Assembly: GCA_036172245.1 (NCBI GenBank)
Contig: JAYWIR010000004.1
Location: 5,704,001-5,768,000 of the forward strand
Source of the DNA: Raillietiella orientalis
Taxonomy: Eukaryota
DNA: 64,000 nucleotides
Direction of reading: 5' to 3'
The position numbers and the translations under genes are program-made. The notes beneath the pieces are model-generated. The model was not told the DNA's origin and searched no databases. It saw only the letters and a program-made list of their open reading frames with translations. Shown here piece after piece: positions 40,778 to 51,742 of the stretch (positions are counted from its first letter, which is position 1; every line of letters begins with the position of its first letter).

Positions 40778-42460
40778 TCCCAATACAGAAGTCGCGAAAA
40801 ATCACATCTAGAATTTCTTCTGTAGTGATTTTTCCAGTAAGGGATCCTAATTCTCTAGCTGCACGACGCAACCACTCTGCTTCAATTCCAACATCCTTCA
40901 CAGATCCCTTGTGCACATCTCCGAAAGCATTTAAATAATGAAGACATTTAATTAGATGTTCCCGATGTCGCATTTGAGTTATATAAACATCTTCTTGACC
41001 ACTACAGCAACTGAAAACGAAGCATGAAAACACTGTCTTAATAACAATACATACATCTCTTCTATTTTGGTTACCATAGCATTCAGCAAATTAGGTACAC
41101 CCTCCCCAGTTAAAGAAGATACTGAACAATGCTGAATGCCTTTCAGCTTATCATGAAAACGTGGTATTCTGTCTTCAGGTATGAAGTCAATTTTATTTAC
41201 AACAAGCAAATGCTGTTTTTCTTGTGGCTGCAGCCCCACTGCACTCCATATAGCATTAAGACTGTCAGTTTGCAGCTGCTCCACATCTGTGACCAACAGA
41301 ACCATATCTGCAGCTGAAGCACAAAGTCTTGCTCTGCGAATGCCTTCTTCTTCCAATAGATCTTGAGGAAGCTGCTGTCCAGCAGTATCACACAATAACA
41401 CAGGATAACCACTAAGAGACAGTGTTCGCTCAATAACGTCTCGTGTAGTGCCTGCCACTGTACTTACTATGGCAGCTGGATGTTGACCTAAGAAGAACAT
41501 ACAGAACACTGAGCACACTAGAAAAAGTCTTACAAATAACGTTAAACAAACTACTCTTTCCCACATTGGGCTTGCCAACAATAGCAATAGAAACACCAGC
41601 TCTCAGGCGTTCTGCTCTCTGTCCATCCTGGAGACAGTGCTGAATGTCAGCAATAAGATGCTGAATATCTAAAAGGATGGCACTTTGGAGTTGTGGGTCT
41701 AACTGTTCCTCTTCATCAAAATCAATAAATGCTTCAAAATGTGACAGACTCTGCAACATGTTGATTATCTAAGCTAACTGTACCTTGATGATACGCTCTC
41801 TCCACTGATCATAATGAGCAGATATTTCGCCAGTCATTTGACGTATTGCTTGCTGACGTTGTCGCTCTGTCTGTGCATGAATCAGATCAGCCAATCCTTC
41901 AACCTGCAAGCACAATTTTGGTTATCTTAAAACAGATATGGACCTTACTTCCAGAAGATCCATCTTTCCTGAAAGAAATGCACGTTTAGTAAAATCTCCA
42001 GGTTCTGCCATCTTCAAATCAGGAATACTGCCAAGAACTTTCAACAATAACTTCACTACTGCAGGACTTCCATGAACATGGAACTCACATACATCCTCTC
42101 CTGTTGAACTTTTAGGTCCTAATAATAGCGTGTTAATCAGAAGACTAGCAAAAAATATACCTGGAAACCAAATAACCATCCCTCGATCTATTAATTGACC
42201 TGTTTGAGGGTCATACAAATAACGCACTAAACACTTTCTAGCTTCTGGAAGAGCATTTAGTTTGCTAATTTGTTTGAGTGCTATGCTGCTTGATGGTCCT
42301 GAGACTCTAATAATGGAAACTCCACAAACGCCCATTCCTGAAGAAAGGGTTCAAACTGTTTGGAAAAAGCGATCAAACCTGATGCAAGTGCATAAACTGT
42401 ACTAGAAAGACGCCAACCTATTTCTCTGTTAATAGTTCTGTGCACCAAACTAAACAGCAT
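40773..42460 (-). CDS. GTPBP3: mitochondrial tRNA modification GTPase GTPBP3 (MnmE/TrmE/MSS1 family), 7 exons, ~478 aa
   Basis: Exons 42460-42379, 42337-42161, 42118-41949, 41903-41784, 41750-41534, 41487-41055, 41010-40773 (1437 nt, frame consistent); GT-AG introns of 41, 42, 45, 33, 46, 44 nt. MnmE motifs: [47 protein letters not shown]1 [11 protein letters not shown]2 GTTRD, G3 DTAG, G4 NKID, C-terminal FCIGK. The short Arg-containing N-terminus resembles a mitochondrial presequence. Confidence 0.96.
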
Positions 42461-42462
42461 AA

Positions 42463-44877
42463 TTAGCAGGACAAAGAATGAACAAGAGTGGTAAATTGGG
42501 ACACACGCAAATCATTCTCTTGCATTCTTCTATTGATTTCACTGCACAAAAATATCAAATACTAATTTGGAGAGATCACAAAGTTTGTATTTTTAAGATG
42601 ACTAACCTCATGGGACAAAAGCAAATGATTTTGGTCACTAGCTGGCACTTCCAAACATAGTGTACTGCGAACAGCCTAGAAGATAAGCATTAATAGGACT
42701 TGAAAATTAATAATTTAAATAAGCTTACAAGCATAACCCAGCCTTTTTTCCCACAAGTCAGGCCAGAATTGCGAAAACCAGCTTCTGTGGCGAACACCCT
42801 CTAGAAAATAAAATCATGGAGTGATTTACCCAGGGTTTAGCTATCTTTTCAAAAATCATGCAACATGGATGTATAAATGGTGTGCATAATGTTTCTAACT
42901 TTTCACATACTTTCTAACTTGGCTGCCATTTGTTCAGCGTGACAACTACATATGCTACATGAATTAGAAAGTACTTATGCACCTACAAAATATTTACTCT
43001 AATGTGGTGTAACTGTTCCTGGATTACATCTATATTAATCTACTGAAAGCAACAGCGCATTTTATGCGAATTTTATGAAATTCACATGTAAACCACGATC
43101 CACAAAATTTAATGTCATTGTACATGTTTAAAATATATCCTAATATCATGATTCTTAAATATGGCACACAATTCTTGTTACTCCCAAATTTTCAAGGTTT
43201 CTAAATTTTAAAATATTTATCATAAAACAATACATTGTAATCATACATAAACAAATAATCCAACATCTGGAATGCTTGCAAAATGCTAAGTACTGAATGA
43301 TGCAAAATGCAACAGATTTGTATGCAGATATTTTTTCATGCCTACTTGTAGTAAGTAGTCCAACACCTTTAAGCTGAGGACTCTTTTTCAAATACTACGG
43401 GAATATGATCCATCATTACCTTTTACATCATCATAATGTTAACTTTACAGTGCATTCAAAATTTCTCTTCATCTCTATACAATTTCTTCTAATGCTAGAA
43501 TAGATGCTTTAAAGTAATTGCAATATTTAAGAAATGCAGTCAAAAAGCTAAAAATTGTAAATGCAAATCAAATTATTTTGATGAGCCTCTCTACAATACC
43601 ACGTACTTTTCCAAACAAAACTAAGAATTAGATACAATCCTCAGATAAGGGCAACATTCTTGTGTGTTGAAAGAAATGTGAAAATCTACTTATAAAATAA
43701 ATATTTAATTATAAATGCCTATAAAGTTTTTTGGGAACCATGAATTCGGATGATACAATAAGTTTATTTCCTATCTCACGATCACATCATATGAAATATG
43801 CTTACAAACACGAGTGGATTATCAAACAGTATCATACAGAAATGAATTAAAAGATTTACAAATAACTGTCAGGGCAAAGCATAAATGCAAATGAATAAAT
43901 TTTTAAAATCATTTATCTCAATATAAAACACAAGATGCAAAGACACTGTAGAATATTCATTTATATAATCACGAGTCACTATTTTCTTTCAACAAAATTT
44001 TAGTTGTGGAATGTTAGCAGTTTCCCAAGTTAGAAACGGATAAAAAAAAAAACAGAATTATTAGGGATGGGTTAACTAATTATGGATCAAAATGTTGCAT
44101 ACCAATTTTTCACCATCTTTTAAAGAAGCACACTTTACATGAAGAACAAACGGTTCAAACTTAATGGTGACCTGATTTGTTTTCCCAAATGTTTCCAGAG
44201 AATCAATCTACAGGGAATGAAGTCGAATACTGTCTTTAAATATGGACTCACCAATTCTTCTTCCGTAATAAAGGTGTGCTTCACAAATAATATTTTGCAA
44301 GTGTTTTTTGTTTTGGATTTTGGAAGGGTGCTTTTCTCCTGAAAAACACGTATGGGAACCATTATCAACTTTTCCATTTAAGAAAGCTGCTATATGTTTC
44401 TTTCTGGCGAAACAAAATACTAACGTAATCATTAATACCTTGAATATTAATTCAGATTTTTAGCCATATGAACCTATTTTATGCTATATACAATATTACA
44501 TAAGTTAATACGAAGGCAAACCTTCCTTAATTTAATTTAAATGCTGCCTATAAAAAAAACAAATTGCTCAAAAATGTTTATTACTTTAAGGCCTGCACCT
44601 ACATATCATTTCACTAAATAGGTCAGAACATTTACATATTAAGGCATCTATGAATTTAATTCAATTTTATGACATTTATTTTGACACAAAAAATTACCCC
44701 AATTGATGAATGCGTGTATAAAACTATTCGACCAGAACAGGAGCTTGTTGTAACATATGAGTCCAAAGAATTAATATAAAGTATCAAATTTTCGATCTTT
44801 TCGTCAATAGAGCCTTTTTTGCTCAAATCTTTTCCACTTAGGATTTTTTTTTTCAGTGCTTCGAAATCGGTGCTCAT
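42463..44877 (-). CDS. TYW3: tRNA wybutosine-synthesizing protein 3 (tRNA-yW methyltransferase), 6 exons, ~203 aa
   Basis: Hand-spliced exons 44877-44698, 44338-44252, 44207-44103, 42800-42729, 42675-42607, 42561-42463; all GT-AG, all phase 0; introns 359, 44, 1302, 53, 45 nt. TYW3 family motifs occur in order: DLSKKGSIDE, YVTTSSCSGRI, IKFEPFVLHVKC, AGFRNSGLT, AVRSTLCLEVP, YLIFLCSEINRRMQEN. Ends at TAA 42465-42463. Confidence 0.93.
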
Positions 44878-45547
44878 GTCTCACTACACTCCGTCAAACT
44901 ACCAACTCATCGATAAAGTTTCTCCGATTTTGCATTAAGCTAATAAATAGCTTAGCTTGCTAAATAAGGATTCCATCGGGCAGTAAACATGAAAATTTAT
45001 TAATAACCATTTACATAATTTTAATGCTCACGAAATGACTTTTTGAGAAGAGTTCTCCCACCGCTAGGAGCAATCCCACGTCAAAGTTGCATGCAAGAAG
45101 CATTTGTACACCAGTAGGACTAATATATCAACTTGTGATTGGCACGAAAATAATGCTGAAAAATGTCATGCTTTTGGAGTTTAAAGCTGTTTCACACAAG
45201 CATTCTCCACCATCAAGTATTTACTTGAGTATTTTTTTTTTCTATGTACGATATTCCTTCATAGCATCCGCTTGTTACAGCAGTTCCATACGAGATAAAC
45301 ATTCCCATTTATCTCCTCTTGAAGGCAACGTGGACTGCATCAAAATCAGATTCATTTTCATTTAGTCAGTCAATAAACAAGACAAACTACAAGTAATTCT
45401 GTAATCAGTGAAGCACAAGTTCCTTTCTGGTTCATTCGTTAAGTGAAATTAATACCATGGAGACTGGAACGATCACAAGATAGAAATAAAGCCTCAACAA
45501 GAGAAACCAACGGGCACAAAAATGATAAAGTGAATCCCTGAGAACAC

Positions 45548-45602
45548 CAAAGGCACACAACACAAAGTGTTGTGCCTTTGATCAAAGGGACGGATCAAAG
45601 GG
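45548..45602. repeat. imperfect hairpin followed by a short direct repeat
   Basis: CAAAGGCACACAACAC-AAA-GTGTTGTGCCTTTG (one 2-nt bulge), then GATCAAAGGG twice. Confidence 0.8.
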
Positions 45603-45799
45603 TAGTTTTGTTTTCTTTAATGGAAATGGGGAATGGAATTCTTGTCTTTTCGAAGGAGACGGTTTTCATAATTTGCGATTAGAGAAGGAGTCCTAAGGAT
45701 CAGTGATGGTAAGATGTGTAAAAAGGATACGTATTAGAAGTTGCACAATAAGACAAAATGACCTTTGTACCTGAGCATTAATTAATGTTAATAAAATTC

Positions 45800-46600
45800 T
45801 TTATCGGTAAAGATTCAGAATATCAAGGGAACAGTCTTATTAAGAAGAGTGTTTTACATTGAATTCTTAAGGGAAGGGATTATGAGAGAAATCCTTAGAA
45901 GTAAGAATCAATTTTGAGGAATAAAAAATAAGATCCTGGGGATCAAATTTCTTTTCAATCAAATCATTTAGAACAGAAATGTCATGACAAAAGCTGGGAA
46001 GATCAAGAACTAAAATGATCTGGAAATTAAGAGTACCAATGCTAGTCATAGAGTTCTTGCTATTTTGCAAATGAAGAGGAGATTAAAGATTTGCTGCAAT
46101 AATTTCTCTGTTTATCTTTATTTTTCACCTCATTTTGGAACATCAAAGAGGAATCATCATTTGGAACATCATTAGTTTGGATAGGCTCATAGACTCAATT
46201 GAATGAAAACCTAGGGAACTTTAGATATTTAAGAAAACACTTTGTAACTGATAATATTTAGAAATTATTTCATAACTGCAGGTACTTTCAGGTATTAATA
46301 CCGAGTTGCATTCGGTCTGTAACGTTTGTTTCCATCATTCTTCCTTGTTCCGATTTTTATGGTTGTACACGCTATTGATCAGATTTAGATGTGCACATCC
46401 AAAGAATAACGTTGAGTAGACAATCTTGACATTGTGAAGCTATAATCTTTTTTTGTCTAATTATCAAAGGTATGTCAGAAAAAGACTCCGTAATGTAAAG
46501 AAACTTATGCTTGCAGACAGTCCAATGGGTTTCGCAAAATTTGCAAACAGAGAACCAGTTGTGAGGGAACTTCTGAGAGCTTCATAAAAATAGCTTTAAG
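45800..46600 (-). mobile_element. possible decayed CR1/L2-like LINE fragment
   Basis: RSSLTTG (cf. N.SL..G), GNKRYRP (cf. NYRPIS), KCFLKYL (cf. Q.RF.R.L) and a DISVLNDLIEKKFDP 3' region occur in order; heavily decayed. Confidence 0.3.
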
Positions 46601-49600
46601 TTGCTGAAGTTATCAAATAAGCAAAAATGCAAAACGAGTAAAGTGAAAGAGGATAAAAAATCCCAAGATAAGATGATCATGTTATCATAAAATAACATAT
46701 CAATTTATAATAAGGGACGTGCAATTTAGTAAATCTAACAACCGAACTGTAAGATATTGGTAGCCTTAAGACTAGATTGGGATACTTTAACAAGCATGAA
46801 AGAAATTCCGAAGGAGCAAGACGTGCATTTTGTGAATTTCCTCACAATTTCGTTCTTAAGGAAAAGTTCCAACTGAAGGAATGCAAAATATCAAAACACA
46901 GTATCAAAAATATAATTGTTCGTCTTCAGAACCCTGCGTGGGTATTTTTCAGATGAGTTCTGCTAAAAGCTAGTCAGCTTTAAGTCTTTGAACACAGATG
47001 CAGATGGATCTCATGCCAGTGAGAAGAAATACCTAGCAGCTAGGGAAGCCAAAGAAAGCGTTGCAGTGCAAAAGAACGAAATTCAACTTTTTAAAATTAT
47101 TAGGTCGCATTAGAAATAGGGAAAAAATATGGAATAGAAAACAGAATAGATAATAAAGGACTGATCAGTGAACATTTCGTATTTTGTGTGATTCTTTTGC
47201 ATAGAAACTTAAACGAATGGGAAGCTGTAAAATGTGCAAAGAGCTGCAAAAAACTTAACCAGAACTCGTCAGTCATCCAAGGTAATGAAAGTAAAGTATT
47301 CATTGTGAAATGAGTCGGCGTATTTGACATTCATCATCTTTATTATGTTTACTGTCTGTAGCGTTCTTCAATAATGAAAAACATTAAAATACATTTGCAG
47401 AGAAGCCTTCACAAAAAACTAGCATCTCCAAAAGGATGGAAATAAAAAAAGAGTTCCAAAAGATATTTCCTATGGGTCGTAGTTTTGTTGAAGCTTATGT
47501 TATTGACAGAGCACTTGGTCAGTCATGAAGTGCCATTTTTCCAGTAGTTACTTTTATAAACAGTTTCCATAACGAAGGCTCCACATTGTATGCCTTGAAA
47601 CTAAAAACGTAGAGGATAAAGTGTGTAGTCATATGACAGCTTTCTCCATGAGTGGAATTTGCTGCTTCGAAACCCGAATTCAGTTACTGCTTCTTTCATA
47701 GCATCCTTGATGGAGCTTTACGCATAAATCAATGCACACACAAAGCTGTCGTTTCTTCCTCAGACAACAAGTTCTTTTTCTATTTGAAGGCTAAAAGCTT
47801 GTTTCCTGAAGAAACAGTTCTCTTCTCTTAAATTTGATCAGATTTCTTCGAGGGGAGCTGAACTTGCTTCTCACTTGCTGTTTGTCCATAGAATTCGGGT
47901 ACTTAAGTAGATTCTGAAAACCTAAGACACAGAAAAAATATATATTAATCTAAAAGGCTCGAACAGGAAGGCAAATCAATGAGTATTCTCCCTTAATATT
48001 TTCAATAGTTCATTTAAGAGAAAGTCACATCAACGAAACATATACTCTGGTTACGAAAGCATGGAACTCCAGAAAAACACGAGAATGATAAACGTCGAAG
48101 GGTGTGGTGATCATAAAATTTTTGTCAGTAAAGTGAAATGCAATTCGGTGCAATAGATTGAAAATAAAGAATGGGCAATGCTTTCTTTCGTTCTTGATGA
48201 CGTAGTCTGAGAAGATATACTCCCGAAGCGATCATTCATGCTAATTCGGCCTTATCTGCCTCCTTTTTTACAAAGATTTTCGTTTAGCAAAAAAAGTAGC
48301 CATAAGTGTTACTAGATAAAATTCAAATTAGGTCTTATGGAATGCTGAACCTTCAGCATTTTGGTCATAATTGCTTTTCGCCTTGAACACTGCTGCAATT
48401 TGTTGGAAAGATTTTTCTCTCCATGTTTTTCCTACCATGCAGCATTTTCTTTCCTCATTAACTGGAACCCAAACGAACACAAGAAAAAGAGGTGCTGCAT
48501 TTCCAGTTCCCCCGAGTGCGCATTCTTCCTACTCTGGCGAAGAACGGGGTCCGTGTGTTTGGGAATTTCATTTCAGGAACTATATACCTTCGAAATAGTT
48601 ATCCCGTCCAATAATAAATTACACAAGAAAAGTCAAGGAAAAAAGGAGCATTTATAATGGATTTGCACTAATTTTCACGGTTCCAAGCTAAAGTTCGTGT
48701 CAAATCGCCAAAGCATACGTAAGCGACAACGTAGGTTTGAGCCGCAAAAAGTTATTCAGATGACGTCTGCGGAAAAACCGAAGTTATAAACAGAAAGTTG
48801 GGCCTGCACGAAGTTTCATGATGGAATTACATATCTAGACTCTGTTACAATCAGTTGTATGATATTTTCTGTATTTCCAGTTATGAAGAATTGCGAAAGA
48901 ACGAACATGATGTGGGAAAACTTCACTAGCAACATCTGAACCACTCTTGGTCTTAATAAAACCTATCGGCCAAACGCAAAGTTAGGTTAAATCTGGAACG
49001 AAATTTTCTTTAGATAGAAATGATCACGAAGGAGCAGCTTTCCACAATCTGTAGAGCAACAGTGCGTGTTTTCGGTGTTTGCTCGCAATAGGATTCGTGA
49101 GGTGAGTGAATACAGAGGTGAACTGAGGGAAGAAATGGACTTGCTCAACTAGCATCTGCTGCTAGCTAATTAATACAAGGTTTGCATGGGAAGATTGCCT
49201 AGTTTTACGCACAGTACATGTGGTGCCATTCCTCGGAAACCCTCTTTTTCGCATTTCCAGACCTACAGATTTTCCACGCAAATATGTAGACTCAATAGTG
49301 GCGTTTTCCCAGTGTATCGATTTTGATTGCAAACGCAATGATTCAAGAAGGTGCAAAAAATGTTTGAGACCGATATCAAGATTTAAGAGAACCGTGGAAC
49401 GACGCCTTTCAACTTGAAAAGGAGGTAAGTTGACTGTATGGAATGATAAAATGATGCACAAGAATAAAGCTACCGTGGGATGATGGAAATGCTTAGTAGT
49501 GTACCGACATAATGATGCAATTTCGATAGGGCGGTTTGATTTCTTTGAGTATTCCTTTGGTTTTAATTATTCTTTAGATTCCTTTGAGCATTATCAGTGA

Positions 49601-51568
49601 TTGCAGGCGATATCGCAATACCTGACTGTAGCAGCCTGGACATCTCGATGGATTTTCTTCTATGTGGCATCCTTTGTAGCACATAAAAATGTTTCCTTAC
49701 AAATCCTTGATTCAAGGTCTTTGAGAGATCTTGAACGATCTTGAACCAGGAACACATAACTATCTGTACTTCATTCCAAAGCAATGCTTATGAATTTTCC
49801 AATCAGATGGTTTCTTTTCCTTTAGTCTACGAAGTCCATGGTCTACTTCCTGCTTTGATGGCACTTGAAATGCCATACTTACTACTCTCACTCTACTTTT
49901 GCTACTTTTGCTACAGTGAACGGTTGAACTGATGACTATGACATATGATGACTATCATATGTTTGCTATATCCCCTTGGAAGCTTTGCCAAGTTTACAGA
50001 AAGTTCCATCATTCTGCAAACCTCGTATCTGTCAATCCTTTGGAAACGATCGTTTTTCATGGACAAGATTGTATTTACTGTATTTACAAACTGTATTTAC
50101 AGACCAGAAGATGGAGGGTTTGGAGATTCAACCTGGAAACGTAATGGGATAGAGCGATCAATTCTGTATCGTACATTTTTTTGTCACGTATTCGGGAGAG
50201 AGTTGACAAAGTTTCTAATGCAGTGCATCGTGCCCTTCCTTCACAATAAGCTAATGAAGAGAAGAATTGTTTTGTCGTTTATTTCTGTGTCTTCGACTTC
50301 ACGCTGAGTCGAAACAGCTTCATGCTGATTAGAAGCGGATGTTTTCCACTGATACCCGTGACCTTTTCATTCCCGTCTGCTCACGAATTCCCATTTTCTT
50401 TCTTCGTTCCCTCTTGAAAAAATGGAAACACTGTTGTTATCCTCATCTTCAATCTTTACATGGCTGCTCTCCGGCTGACCACGTAAACAAAGTGTCCGGT
50501 AAAGTAATCTCGAAGATCAACTTTCGGCTCCAAAGAACGGTGTGGTTCTCCCTCAGTGATTTCTTTGTGTTTGCACAAGACTTGAATCGGCTGAGGCGTG
50601 GTTGCCCGTCTGTGTGCGGTGCCCAACTCCCGTGGCCTTGGCAGCACGAGGCCAAAGCTGCGTTTCTTGACGATCGTCACGGCGTCTCTGGTTTTTGAGC
50701 TTTTGATGATGGTTTCCCGTTGGACCCGGAAATAAGCAACCCGAAGGAAAAGAAAGTGATCGTAATTAGGAGCAACTTCTCTGTCAGCAGAGGCACTGGT
50801 CCTGCCGGATCTGCAGAGATGCAAAAGACTGTTGCTGTGTTGCGGAGAAAAGGAGGAAAGTAGCACGTCGCAAGAGGTGGGGGCTATCCAGAGATGTCGA
50901 AAAGGAGGGTCACAAAGACGAGAGAGGAAGGTTTGAGAACCTCTTCGTAGGGGAACTCGAGTTTGCTCATCTGAATCACAACCACAAAAGTTTCAAAGTC
51001 TTGTGGTCTCGGAGATAAACGGAGAGATCTTGGTAGATACTCTAGCCTAAAGAAGTCAAAACCCTTCTCTCTTTGAGGAAAGGGGAGTCTTTCCTGAGAC
51101 CATTAAAGAGGATTGGAGGGAAGGAGCAATTAATTTCAAGGGTAACCCAGAAGGAAAAGGGAGGTGACATCAGGCAGAAGGGTTGACCATTCAAAGTAAG
51201 TCATTGCATGGCTATCTGCACCAGTCCGGAGCAGAGCAAGAATCTCCCTGAAATCTTCCAAATGTGAGTTCCGTTTGCTCAAATGAAAGCTGGTTGCCAG
51301 GACAGTCGGAGTTTTTCACATAAGCACTCCTCTTTCACGAATGCATTCTTGAACAGTGTGATGATAACGATGCTTTAATTGGACAGTCCCGCTCGCCTAG
51401 CCCGTACCACTTCCGAGTCGATGGTTGCGCACGTGCCGTCAGAAACGTCCCGGGAACGACGCACGGCCGCGCCTTGAGAAAAAGAACGCTAAAAAAAAAA
51501 AAAAAGAAAAAGAACGGTGTTGAAGGCCATGAGACCACGGTCCCCGTGCGTGGCACCAAGCGCTGCTA

Positions 51569-51742
51569 ATTCGAATCCCCACGTGGAGGACCGACTTGAG
51601 AAGTAGGCGCGTCGTGGGTTTCGAGTATCCCCCGCAAAAAGGGCACTGGTCAATTGCAGCTTCGGGTGCTGCACTGATGGAGGCCGGAAACCCTCGGATG
51701 CCCCTGTTGAGTGGCTGGGACTCGAAGTGGACCCTCGGGGTC
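51569..51742 (+). repeat. dispersed repeat, copy B
   Basis: Same ordered blocks as 11551-11701; lies shortly after an A-rich tract (51491-51512). Confidence 0.65.

Noticed and set aside
42461..42465. TYW3-GTPBP3 fusion protein
   Set aside because: The 2-nt gap puts the ORFs in different frames. TYW3 donors are phase 0, while the AGs early in GTPBP3 exon 1 are phase 1 or 2, so neither readthrough nor simple alternative splicing fuses them.
43300..43445. Box C/D snoRNA in TYW3 intron 3 (ATGATGA on the minus strand)
   Set aside because: No appropriately placed CTGA D box or terminal stem.
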